Source: Chrysomallon squamiferum
Taxonomy: Eukaryota > Animalia > Mollusca
Direction: 5' to 3'
NCBI GenBank assembly: GCA_012295275.1
Contig: CM022679.1
Coordinates: 9,114,001-9,178,000, forward strand
DNA: 64,000 nucleotides
Made by a program: the position numbers and the translations under genes. This document shows positions 37,528-50,887 of this stretch, one piece after another. A model generated the notes under the pieces. It saw only the letters and a program-made list of their open reading frames with translations. It made no database searches and was not told the origin of the DNA. The first letter of the stretch is position 1. Each line of letters opens with the position of its first letter.

Positions 37528-39478
37528 TTTCTGTTAAATGCTGATCATTTTATACTTTTGGTTTCTTTAAACCCATATCAGGCCCATAAAGTCGAACCTA
37601 AACAACCACGTGACATACTGCGTAGGGGTCTTCTCGAAGGTAAATAGTACGATAAAAATAAAAAATGGCCGGATAATCGGGGTTCTTTGTCGATGCAGGG
37701 TGTGTGCATATGTTGTAAAATAACGGACTAGTGCAACACACTAACTATAGGAAAAGGCTATTTCAGCAGCTCTTTGCATTACTGATGTACTCGACGGTCG
37801 TTCTTGTTACAACAGGTCGGAAGGTTGCCGTTTTATGCTTACGAATAAATCGGATCAAAGATTGAAGGACCGGTGTGCAAGGGGAAGGTTTCACAAGCTT
37901 AATAATATCGTCATGTTCGCAACAGACTGTTACGTGAACCACCTGGAGATTTCTAGATAAAAAATGAATACTTACGATTAAAACACGCCAAAATACAGTC
38001 ATTTTGGAGAAATCTGCTTCTTATTGAAAAAGGGTAGAACAGTATGGCTGAAAGGAAACCTGTTACTACGCATGTGCAGTGCTTATTATGCAAATCGGGG
38101 TTGTTTTTCATTGGCAGAAAAAGTGTGGACCTGACTTTAACGTCCGTACTGACGTACAGTGTCCATCCGTCGAACTGTAGTTCTATAAATAGAATTAAGA
38201 TGTTAAAATTTGTTTGGCACCAAATGACCTATTCATCAGGTACAGTATGAAAATGGTTTAAATGAAATAAAACCAAAATTATTATTATTATTATTATTAT
38301 AGAAACGATTTGTTTTTTTTTGTTGTTGTTTTTTTTTTTTTCCTTACTGTATAAGTTCATATTTGATTTTATTTTTTTAAATAATTTATGAAACGAAAGA
38401 GATGTTATGCCTGGAACCTTTCTTTTTTATCTAGTATAATTTATTTCTTGTTGAACTTTATGCATTTGTTCTCAGTTTTATTTTTGCACTTCTTCTACAC
38501 AATCAGCTGTAAAACGTTATCTTTAAACAAACATGTACCAACAGAGTAGAATTTAAGTTATAAATAGCACGCTGAACTCGCACGAACCCAAGCAGGCCAA
38601 GTCAGTCGACATAAAGAAATCGATTAGTCTTTGCAGAGGTTGATGTCTATTAGTATAAGTCCAAATAAATAATTTGTCCATAATTTGTACACGATGATCG
38701 TTACTTGGCTTTTACATTAACAATTGTTTATAGTATTCTAGCCTACTAGTTTCTCATGAACTTGGAAACGGTTGTTCTTCCCTTCCCCTCACGACAATGT
38801 ACTGCTGACCTAAATACATATTATTAGCTTGGGTTGTGAGTCACAACATGGCAGCGTTATAGCCTAGACTGTATAACAAACAGCGTCAAAACTACTTAAT
38901 ATAAATAATGTCCAGTTCATTTATAAACTAACTAATTTAATTAGAGAACATCTTTCAATAACTTTTTGTACGCAAGTATATACTGTGTGAATTGATATTC
39001 TACTTATTTTAATATTTTTTTTTACATATAAGACTAAATAACTTTAGATATGATTAAGTATGCAGACAGCATGTATATGGAAAATAATATACTTTATAAG
39101 TTTAATTATCATAATTGATTATGATAGCGTTGCACCATTTCCTTTTATTATCTGATATTAATATATGTTTCATACATTTTTTTTAAATTATTATTAATTT
39201 TTTTATATTGTTTGTAAATTATATATATACACGTGTGTGTGTGTGGATAGATAATGGCGGACACATAATGCTTGCGTGACTAGACGCTATGTACCATCAT
39301 AACCTCGCTTTCAGCTCAGTTTTGTGTCTGGAGAGAAGCCGAAGTCGCCTTTTTAAAACGAACAGTATTTTCTCGACTACGAACTCTTTCACTCTGGAAA
39401 AATATTTTTAACAATTTTAATACTATAATATGTTATATTTAATGTAATCAACATTTAAAATTTTAAATATTCTGGTAG

Positions 39479-39480
<2 letters not shown>

Positions 39481-39530
<50 letters not shown>

Positions 39531-39585
39531 CACACATACATACATATATACAAACACACATTCACACATACATACATATACATGT
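39481..39585. repeat. (CA)n / (TA)n microsatellite
   Basis: Direct reading. Confidence 0.95.
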
Positions 39586-39736
39586 ATTAAGAGTTATTAT
39601 TTTTAGCCATTGCAAGTCAGTTAACAAGACATCTTTTGATTTTTCCAAAACAAATATCTAACTGTAATATAAATAAAGATCTAGAAAAATAATAATTGTG
39701 AAAGAGTTTTCATTTTCTTGAAATAATTTTCAGGAG

Positions 39737-39841
<105 letters not shown>

Positions 39842-40653
39842 GCTATTGCAATTAAGTAAAAATTTTGTTTCTAGTTTTGTTTTTCATGAAGAGAAACAAC
39901 GTTTTGATTGTTTATGTCGTAATGAAAACTGTATTTATACGAAGATAAAACACAATATACCTTTTGATGTACAGTTTATTTATTTAGTTAGCTATTATTA
40001 GTAGTATTAGTATTACCTTAATTTATAGCCAACGAATTATAATCACTACAGCAACACGTGTAGCGGAAGAAACATAAACTTTTAGGCCTCATAATAAATA
40101 AATAAATGAATAAATAAATGAATAATTAAATAAATCATAAATGAATGAATAAATAAATAAATAAATAAAAGGTATTGGAGTTGATATGTATTTAATTCTG
40201 AACAACAGTTTTGTTTGTTTATTAAAGTGTTGCACGACAATAAAACTAGCCTGATTTTGCCGACGAGTCACGTGAAACATGGTTACAAGACTTAAAAATA
40301 AAATTTGTTAAATGACTACACGCGTGTAGAACTAAAATGACAACAAATTTCATAATAATGATTAGTAAGAAAAACGTTGTCATTTACGTCAGTAATACTA
40401 ACTACAAATATAACCAGAACACTTAAAGCGGTCACGTAGCGAACCGAAGAAACGGTCTATTACACATTTTCTGATCACGTCAAGGTTTTCATTGTTTTCG
40501 TAACTACGTATGTAAACTCCACTTATAAAATATTGGGACGTTGCTGCAGTTCTGTGGCTGTGATGTTGTCGATTAGTTCTAAAGTTTAAAAAGAAAAATT
40601 TAAAATCTGTTTTTGGGAAGTGAAAATAATATACCACTTATATATAATATATA

Positions 40654-40760
40654 TTTGAAACCATCACTTTTTTTTTCATTTGTTATTTGGTTTTAATTTT
40701 ATTTCAAATTTGAAACCATTTTTTTTTGGTCATTTGTTATTTAGTTTTAATTTTATTTGA
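40654..40760. repeat. ~55-bp tandem duplication
   Basis: tttgaaaccat...catttgttattt.gttttaattttattt twice. Confidence 0.8.
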
Positions 40761-42728
40761 TTTATAAGTGAGGATTCTTTTGAAAAAATTTATTAAATTT
40801 GATATATATGTAAGTTTTTTTCGTTAGAGCCCACATAACGGCAAAAGAAGTCTGCTTACAAAATTGGCCTAATCCACTCTTCACGTAACATACATTTAAT
40901 TTGGTTTCAAACTTGGAAACAGGCGTTAATTTTCCCCAAGCTTTATTATTTCCCTACGTAGGATATTTTAGAGCATGTGTGTATTAAAATATCATTTACA
41001 TATTTACTTATTTTATCACTGCTTTGCTTGAATTGTTAATGCCGATTAGAACAGTCATATGGCTGATTCATTAATTTCGTTAGTGCACTAACAGCATACA
41101 TGTTGAACTATCCATATAATGATTAAGAGTATTATTAAGTTCTTTCTAAAGCTGTCTTAGTTCTTGGTTATTTCCCTTTACAAAGACGGTTTTGTTATAA
41201 AAGAAACGCAGCTTAAATTAACAACAGTTAGCAACCACAACTCTTAACATTTGCAGAAGTCAGCGGTTTTCTGTCTCTAGTTTTTATTCACCCCAAAATA
41301 ACTTCTTTGCCCTTGGAAGAACCATTCCCCAATTCCCGAGTTCAAGAAACAAAGATCTGACCTACTTAGCTATATTTAGAATAAAGATTCTTGAGAAAAA
41401 TAAATTTGAATCAGAACCTCAGACGGAAGAAAATAACATTTTTTGTTTTCTTTTTCATTTTTTTTTTTTTTACTGAATAGGGAGACTGTAAGGTTCTTGT
41501 TATTAAAATTACTTTAATGCCAAGATCGGTAATGAATTGCCTTCATGTCAGCATTTTTACGATCTTATGAACATAAAAGCTAGGTATCATATAATGGATG
41601 TTTTAAAATATAGTTTGGAAGATATATATATATATAATCTCTCTAGAGTATTAATACATTTGTGTTTCCATATATATGTATGTATATGTATGTACGTACG
41701 TTTGTACGGAGTATGTACGTATGTATGCATGGTCTATATTATATGTGTGTGTATGTGAGTATATATGTGATATAATGAAATGCTAATATTGCATATGAAC
41801 TTAGAATACGCTTATGTTTATAATTCTGTAATAAATAAATAAATAAATAAATAAATAAATGGTGTTTCTTAGTGATTATCTATAAAGATGTAATGTGGAA
41901 AAAAATAAAATCGCCAGTTGAATACTGTCTTTGTTATACGAAGGTTTTTTTTTAAAAATATTTTTAATTATTATTATTATTTTTTGATTTCTTGTTGTTT
42001 TTTTTTTTTTACTGCGAGATCTACAAAATAAATAAAAAGAAAACATAAATTCTTAAACTTTCGACTGAGTTTACCAAACACAAAAGTTTATTAAATATTA
42101 CTGAGATTCTTCCCCATTTATATAGGTGAGTCGTTCCATGAACCACCTCTGTGTAAGTCAAAACATACTATTATCAGTGAGTTCCTTGTGCAGAATTAGC
42201 GTACAGTGAATAAATAACCATATTAATTGTTTAATATAATAACTTAACTGCCACTTAAATACACCTCTACGTATATATATGTATTTGTATTTGCAGAGCG
42301 TTGTCATGAAGACAGGTATTATGGCTTTAATAATAAAATAAAAAAAAACTACTACTTCGTGAATCAGCATGTCATAACATTTAAGAAATTCGATTAAGTG
42401 GACACTTGGAATAAAAATATGTGGATAAATTTTATAGAAATTTTGTAATCGAATTTCATTTTGTGTTTGATCTCCTGTCAACATGTTTAATGTGCGTGCA
42501 TGATTTTGTTGTGTTCGCATCACGATTTTCCATTACTGAAATATCTTGCTGGAAAATCACTGAGATACACGTTTCCGGTCATTTAGTTAATTGGATATTT
42601 CTGTTCAACTCCTCTTTCAGTTTTAATTAGTCTCATTAGTTAGACATTTGATACTGAAGAGGTAAACATTTATACTATCTGATCACATCTTATATGATAA
42701 TAATAATAACAAAAAAAATCACTACAAA

Positions 42729-42760
<32 letters not shown>

Positions 42761-42902
42761 AACAACAACAACAGCAACAACAACAACAACAACAATAATA
42801 AAGTAAAATGATAAAATAGTATAATAAATACATAAATAAATAATATTAAAAATCAAAATCAAAATACACACACACATACACATAATGATACTACTAATGA
42901 AA

Positions 42903-42945
<43 letters not shown>

Positions 42946-43485
42946 ACAAACATCTTACGTTTCTTTGGAATACAACAGAAAACATTTATATCTTAGAGAA
43001 ATTTAATAGATTTTCAGATGTATTATATAATTTTTATATTTATTCACTTTAAAAAACAAAATAAATAAACACACAAACACACACACACACACACACTCAT
43101 ATATATATATTTAGAAAGCATATGCAGTGTATTCGTACCTAGAAGCACAAAATTACTGAACCGTGTTATTGAAAACTATACAAACCGCATATAACAGCAA
43201 CGCTGGTTGCAAATGCACCTAAAACGGGAAAGTAAATACCAGCTGGTACGCTAAACTTCATCGTCAGGTCACATTACTCAGTGAATGAATATGCAATTCA
43301 AAAGTCATTGAAATATAGGTCAGTCGTTTATTCCTTTACAATTATCACGTCATAAGCGACTACGTAAAAACATAAACACAGTGATAATTGCGTTAACACT
43401 TGTTATCGTCAACTATATTGATCCAGATTATAACACAGTATGTGCATACTTTCAGTGTAATAAATCAATTCATTTCTTAACTAGA

Positions 43486-43975
43486 TGGGCTGATGCCGTT
43501 CAGTGGCAGAATGCAAAGATGTTTAAACATACGATCAGACGTTATTAGCATGCCCATTGGGGAAAATCACGTTCCAACCAGTGCTCATCGACAGGCATAT
43601 CAAATGATCGTAGAAATGTTTTCTTGACCATGGTCGGTCGTTCGCAGCCCATTCATGTCGGGATAAATCCCATTCCAAGTAATGCTCCTCCACTGTTTAT
43701 TTGTCCACCACGAGCCGTTCTTTTTGCTGTAAATGTTGTTCCAACCACAGCTCCTAGATTCATCCGTCAAAGAAGGTAGCATATTTTCTTGGCTCTTATG
43801 AGTCGTTCTTAGTATGTTCGTTGTAATATATCCTGTACGACTGATTTATCAAAGATGTTTTTTATGTGACATAATGATTAATAATTTACAATATTTCGTG
43901 GCAGTAGCTGTTTTCCAGTCTCTGGTCCTTACCACATGCTGGCATATAATGTTAGTAAACACAATATTTAAATAT
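43486..43975 (+). mobile_element. Degenerate tRNA-derived SINE with an internal insertion (same family as 7612-7862)
   Basis: A-box-like gttcagtggcaga, cccattggg...gttccaaccagtg (43571-43583), tail tggtccttaccacatg (~43923). Confidence 0.55.
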
Positions 43976-44049
43976 AATTATCTCATTGTTACTAAACGCT
44001 CAATTATTCCTCTTATTCCTAATTAGAAATATCCGGGAAAGACCATTAA

Positions 44050-44103
<54 letters not shown>

Positions 44104-44562
44104 CATAATAGATAAATAATAAAAAAATAGTTTATTTTTTTTTTTTTTTTTTATTTATATCGATTGACTGTAATATTTAATTATTCTTTCTATTTATTTT
44201 TTGGATAATTAACAAATGCTATGTAGACCACCTACAAGTACAATTTTACACTATATATTTAATACAAAACTGTAGACACACACACACACACACACACACA
44301 CATTCGGAAGCACAAATATATTTTTAATTCTATAGAGAGATTACAAAATAGGTTTCCAGAACATATAAATTTTAGAACGTTCACCACACGGTACACAGCT
44401 TTCATGTTTAATTATATTTTTGAAGACCAGCTAGACGCGGAACAAAATAAAGTTCCATTTCATGTTTATAATAATAATAACAACAATAATCATAACCATT
44501 TCGGAATGCGAAGAAAATGCGAGGAGCCTATTTGAATAAAACGTGAAGTTCTTAACAATATC

Positions 44563-44825
44563 TAAAGGTAAAGAATCAGTTATCCGAAATTCCGAAATCC
44601 GAAACTTTTTCCGAGCTGCAGAAAACGTAATATCCTGTAGGTTTCGGATTGTTTCGTATTCACTAACTTTATTTGTAGACTGTAGTATATGCTCTATATG
44701 AACTATAAACGAAATTCATCTTCAGATGTAGATCCCATTTTTCGGCTATCTCCTTATAATATATTCCAAAATCCGAAATTTTGTTCCGTTGAGAAACACG
44801 TCGGATAAAGGATTCTAAATCCGTT
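44563..44825. mobile_element. Old MITE, probably Tc1/mariner-pogo (Tigger-like)
   Basis: Imperfect terminal inverted repeats agaatcagttatccga / tcggataaaggattct and internal TCCGAAA/TTTCGGA repeats. Confidence 0.5.
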
Positions 44826-45629
44826 TCAGTAAGTTTAATTATTACAGGTGTCAGTAAAGTAAACAATGCAATTTAATAATAAGACAACAATTAGTATATT
44901 TTTTTTTTTTTTTTTTTTTACCAACTATGATTAACAGTTAATACAAAACGGTTTTCAGTTGACATCATTCTAAACGTTCATTTAATATGAAGTAGAAAAC
45001 AAGCAAACGTAAGATACAACATTAAAATAATCTAAATATATACTGTATATATATATATATAAGTTGTGAAAACATTCTTTATGAAAACAAAATTATACGA
45101 TAAATGTCAAAAACAATACAAAACAAATATTTTATGGTAGAAATGACTGGCTTCTACTTTAAAAATAAATTTGTAAATAGAAGTTGTAGTAGTAGTAGTA
45201 GTAGTAATAGTAATAAAAGTACATAACAATAACAACAACAACAACAACAACACAATAAATAAGTCCCCAACACCAATATATGCACATTATATACTTAATT
45301 ATATAGTTTAGAACAATGATAAAATATTACCTATAGAAAAACAGATTTCAAAATCTATACAGTTAGATAGATAACATCAACAATTCATTTTGAATAATTA
45401 ACGCATTTAGCACTAAAAAACATTTACCTCTGAGATTTACACGACATAAAATTCTAAAATGTCGTAGAGAGAGAGAAAACTGTCATACCAACCTTATCTT
45501 TGTTAGATTTATGTGCGTGTGCTAAAATAATCTGCTGTGAATACGAAAGCTGCATCGATTCGCACGGACAGCCAGTGTATCTATAAATGTAAATGTGACA
45601 TTTACCCTACTAACAGCGAGAGAAAGAGA

Positions 45630-45650
45630 AAGACAGACAGACAGACAGAC

Positions 45651-45744
<94 letters not shown>
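45630..45744. repeat. (GACA)n(GA)n microsatellite
   Basis: Direct reading; source of the RERE/LSLS ORFs. Confidence 0.97.
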
Positions 45745-45745
<1 letters not shown>

Positions 45746-46769
45746 ATATTTCTAATGAATATCTGATAATGCAGGTTATTTGTGTTTACTTGTTTAATTT
45801 CGGTAAACAACGTGGAATGTTGGTCTTCTTTCTTTTATGTTCTGAATGTAGGAGTTCTGTTTTTAAAACGGTTGGCTTTTATGGGAAAAAGAATGCGGCA
45901 ATCGTTTCGACATTTTCTCTCGTTCACTTACAGCATATACACTGAATGTACACAGAATTTTATATATTTAATGATTCGTAATTTATCAAACTCTGTTTTT
46001 GGTATCAAAAAATTCAGTCAGATCTAATTCTTATTTACAAGAGAATGAGAAGATAGTAACAAAAACTCCGCAGAATTCCAATAAAATAAAAACATTCAAA
46101 GATAAATGAAACAACAACCATGAATTATTGATGAAAAAAAAAAAAAAAAAAAAAAAATAAAAACCTACAAGAAATACAACCTTTAACTCTGAAGCAAATA
46201 ATTTTCGCACTCTGTGAAAAGCATTCCAGGTCGAATTAATCACGCGTTCTAGATAATAAAATTGCAGCTGTTTTTTTTTTTTTTTTTTTTCCTGACACAC
46301 TTTATTCAGACCGTTGACAAGATTTTAAATAACATTTCGCTACAGTGTTATTTAGAATAAAAGTTCCCGACGCTAACTGAGCAATTTATACCTCTTCCAT
46401 AACTATTTGTCAAAATGAAAAAATGTTGCATTGTAAAGCTCTGTCAAAAATCTGAATAAAGAAAAAGTCGCTTATGGAAGGCCATTTTCATTCTGCGTTT
46501 GTAGATGTTACATAAATGAAAACAGTGAAATTTAACAAACTGTACATTCTGATACTGAAACATTTTAAAATTATTTTTATATTTATATAAATAAAAATAA
46601 TTTTATATGAAAAAAAACAAAGATGATAATAATAATAATAATAATAATAATGATGATGATGATAATAATAATAATTATGATAGTTGTTGTTGCTGTTGTT
46701 GTTGTTTATTTATTAATTTATTATTTTATTTCATTTCTGTTGATATTTCAAAAGACTAACGTACGAAGG

Positions 46770-49729
46770 TTAACAATACATAAGCATTTCTGCCTCCAGC
46801 CTTTCCGGATCTTTCTGAGGTGCGTCAGGACCTTCTAGTAATTTGATATCAACCTCTGTTTTATTCTGCACGTACCACTCCACGAACTCCTCACTGAGCG
46901 CGTCAACCATCACTTTGTCGTCTTGGAGATTCTTCAGAGCAGCCGAGAGAGACCGGGGAAGGTCTGGAGCAGACTCCTCGTCGTTTGGCTCTGGACACGT
47001 CAGCTTGCTCTTGATCCCATCCAAGCCTGCAGCGATCGTCGCCGCAAACACCAAGTACGGGTTGGCCTTCCCGCCCGAAATGCGGTTTTCAACGTACGTG
47101 TTCTTGGAACCCTTGTTCTTGGCCCGAAAAGCAGCCAGCCTGTTTTCTATCCCCCAGAAGAGTTTCCCCGGTGCCCAAGGGCAGAACAGACGACGGTAGC
47201 AGTTGACGGTGGGGCACATCAGAGCCGCCATCGCCCCAGCGTGCTTGATTAAACCCGCTATCCAGTACTTGGCTATGTCTGAGAGGTTGTCGGGTTTGTT
47301 GGGGTCGTAAAAAACGTTGCAGCCCGTCGTCTTGTCGTAGACAGAGTGACTGAAATGCAAACCGCTTCCGTCGTCGTTCATATCTCGTTTCGACATAAAA
47401 TTCGCTAAATAACCGTTTTTGTCGGACATCTCGAGGATGCCCTGAATGAAGATGAACGTCATGTCGGGACTCGTTATTCCGTATTTCGGTCTAAGCACGC
47501 CTTCCATCATCCCGGCGCCGTGCTCCGCGTGCAACATGTCCAGGTCGACTCCGGCGTCGAGCAGATGCTTCTCCATGTCCAGAAAGAGACTTTCCAGTCT
47601 GGCGACCGTCCTGTTGCACATGTAGTCCTTGTCGTGAAAAATCGGCTGCTTCGTCTGCTGACTGGACATGTGAAACTCCAGCTCGAAGCCCGAGTAGATT
47701 TTGTAGCCCATTTCGTCCAGTCTTTCGACCTGTCTTTTGGCGACGTGGCGTGGACATGCGTCTTGAGGCGTGTCGTCCAGCCAGTACGTCTCGCACAGCA
47801 TTTCGCCCACTTTGTACTTCCCCATCCCCAGCCACGGGACAGGGTGCAGGGTGTTGAGGTCGGGGATAACACTCATGTTGCCCGACTGCATCGCTTCCAC
47901 CCTGGCTGGCAAAACGGTTTCGGAATGAGGTCCGATAACTACAACGCCTGCAATAAGAAATTTGAAAATAAGTAACGCAATGATAAAATACAAAAACAAG
48001 TAATGCAGAAGAGAAATTTAAATAATAAGCAACACAATATATAATTTAAATAATAAGTAACGCAATATGAAATTTAAATAATAAATATCGCAATAAGAAA
48101 TTTAAATAAGAAACACAATAAGAAGTTTAAAAGTAACACAATAAGAAATTCAAAAATAAGTAACGCAATAAGAAATTTAAATAAAAAGTAACGCAATAAC
48201 AAATTTAAATAATAAATATCGCAATAAGAAATTTAAATAATAAGTAATGCAGTAAGAAATTTTAATAATATCTCAATAAGTAATTTAAATAATAAGTAAT
48301 GCAGTAAGATATTTAAATAATAAATAACGCAATAAGAAATTCAAATAATAAGAAACACAAAACTAATTTTAGCTCGGCCGAGTATAATTAATCACAGCCA
48401 GTGACATTTGTCATGGTTCTAAATGTTTTATACCTAAAACAACATTATGACAAGAGATGATCTTCTTCGATTAAACTGACGTCAGAAAATAAATAATATA
48501 TTTCCAACGCATTATCTTGAGCTAATTTTCTTTTCAAATTATTATTAAGCAAACACAAGACATCTAAACAACAGAACTGTCGCTTGTTATTTTCACATTT
48601 TATTATTACAAAACGCTGTTCAGTGAACTAATCGATCACTTTAGCTATTTGTTCATATTACGACAGGTGCTCTTTAAACTGAAAAAAAAACCCCGGCTTC
48701 TCGCATCCATAATGTCATCTGGCTGACAACACATGCACAGGTTCTCGATTATTTCAGCGTCAGTCAAGCTTTGCCTGTTGAAAAGTTAAAAGAGAAAACA
48801 CATTTCGAGTATTCAAGCGCATTTCTCAGGCTTTGTCGGAATTGCTTAACCGAAATCAATATTCTAGGGAACTTCCTGCTTAAGGAATGACTGAGTGTCA
48901 TGACCTGGCGACTCCGTCGACTCTCTGTGTGTGTGCTGTCTGCCAGCTTGCAGACTGAGTTGGAACTGTCTTTGGAATCTCTTTTAGTCATCTGTCTTTG
49001 AAATTCACCTGCAGAACAAAATGCCGCGCTTATAAAATAATCCACCACCACCAAAAAAAAAAAAAAATCCATTGCATAAATCCAGCGTATAAACGCATCA
49101 GGGGTATCCTTGGTGTCAGCATTATGAAGATCAGACAAGCGGGTACTAATGATTGATTTGTAGGTCGCAATGTACTAAACGTGCACTGAGGAGTAATTTA
49201 ATAAATAATTCAATATCAGCTGCATCAGTTTCGACCAACATAACTATTACTGCTATTAGCTTGTGCAAATTAAATATCTGGAAAAAAAAATAAATACGTT
49301 CTTACGCTAACTAATCCATACATCTTTTTTTTTCTTTTTTTTTTTTCTTTATATAAATAAATAAATTCCTCGTTGTTTATTCATCGTGTACCCAGAGCTA
49401 CCCGGAACGAGCTCAGTTACCACCTAGTAACATCCGTTTTTGGGGAGAGAGAGGTCTCATATATAAAAGAGATAATGCACAGATTTTAGCAGGTTTTTCA
49501 TCAAACAATAGTTCAAAGTCGCCCATCGCGAACGCACGTGTATGATTTCGTCCGAATCCGTCCAAGGTAGCAGACAAAATGAGCGAAAACGTACAATCTT
49601 TATAACGAAGTCGATGCACAGTCGGATCCACAGTTATGAAAGAAAATCACTTTCGTTTAGCTTATAAAAATTAATGAACACGCATGTACCGTTCAGCCGA
49701 CTTTTGAAGCTGAAAAATGCTTAGTCATT

Positions 49730-49763
<34 letters not shown>

Positions 49764-49871
49764 ATAATAATAATAAAAAAAAAAAAAAAAAAAAAAAATA
49801 CAAAAAAATAAAAGAAAATAAAATACAAAATTAAATAAAAAATACAAAATACTCAAAAACAACAACAATAA

Positions 49872-49902
<31 letters not shown>

Positions 49903-50426
49903 GTAAATAAACAAGTAAAAAATAAACTTGCTGTAAAAATAACAGGCTATAACGAAAGTTTTCTAAGGCTCAATAAAACAATAAAAAAACAACAACAAAA
50001 AAACAAACACGATATTTGATTTATTTGCTTATTAATACAGTCAACATTCTTCTCTAATAACTGTTTACTTCTGTCAGTGAGCTTTTTAATGTCATGTGCA
50101 TAAAATCTCTTAGTTTAACTAGATATTTTCCTTGAAAAAACGGACAAAACTTTCGTTACAACCTGTTATTTGCAAGTGATACATTCCAGTGTTTACATCT
50201 ATACAATCTATAGCAGTAATAAAAACATTCTCAGACAATTTAACAGTTTTTTTTTTTTTAATATAAGTAATATAATAATGTGTTGTTTTCTCTAGCTGTA
50301 AGTAAAAGTAAAAAAAAAAAAAAAAAAAAAATGTATTAAACAGAATAATTTATCACTGAATTGGACATCCAGATAAAAAAAAAAATAATAATAATAATAA
50401 TAATAAAAAAATAATAATAAAAAATG

Positions 50427-50458
<32 letters not shown>

Positions 50459-50545
50459 ATAATAATAATAAAAAATAAAAATAAAAAAAAAATAATAATA
50501 ATTTGATGTCAATCTCTGCATACACCACTTCACAAACCCCTCACT

Positions 50546-50578
<33 letters not shown>

Positions 50579-50887
50579 AAAAAAATATACCCTTATCAAG
50601 AAATTCGTCTTCGTATAACATAAAGTTTACACACAGAACCCAAACACTAAAACTTCCCAGGATGAGATAAGAATACAGTAAACAATGATTAACACAAGAC
50701 ATTAAAAAAAGGACTTGCCTGCATACATCGTCACGCCCTCTTCCAGGTAAAGAGCCGCATTCCTTGCAGGCATTAATTTTCCTCTCGATATGCAGTTCAG
50801 ATCGGAGAAAGAAAAGCGAACGTAGTCATACTTCATCACCTCCGACGTTACCTTCTCCAAATTTTCGTTCGATTTGCCGCTGTCCAT
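46770..50887 (-). CDS. Glutamine synthetase type I-like (lengsin-like / gamma-glutamyl-amine ligase-like) protein, 448 aa, two exons
   Basis: Exon 1 50887-50719 (MDSGK...YDYVRFSFSDLNCISRGK...GVTMYA), GC-AG phase-1 intron, exon 2 47947-46770(TAA). Motifs IPDLNTL, CPR, GFELEF, HAEHGAGMME, GSGLHFSHS, PTVNCYRRL, WGIENRLAAFR, YVENR, ANPYL, LPRSL. Confidence 0.93.
47950..48362. repeat. ~25-28 bp AT-rich minisatellite abutting the GS-like exon 2 acceptor
   Basis: About 15 degenerate copies of gcaataagaaatttaaataataagtaac. Confidence 0.9.

Noticed and set aside
45537-45945. RERE/LSLS and poly-I/N/L/F ORFs here and elsewhere in the track
   Set aside because: Translations of microsatellites and homopolymers.
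46843-47975. Overlapping and antisense ORFs across the GS-like exon
   Set aside because: Expected by-product of GC-rich coding sequence; no recognisable protein features.
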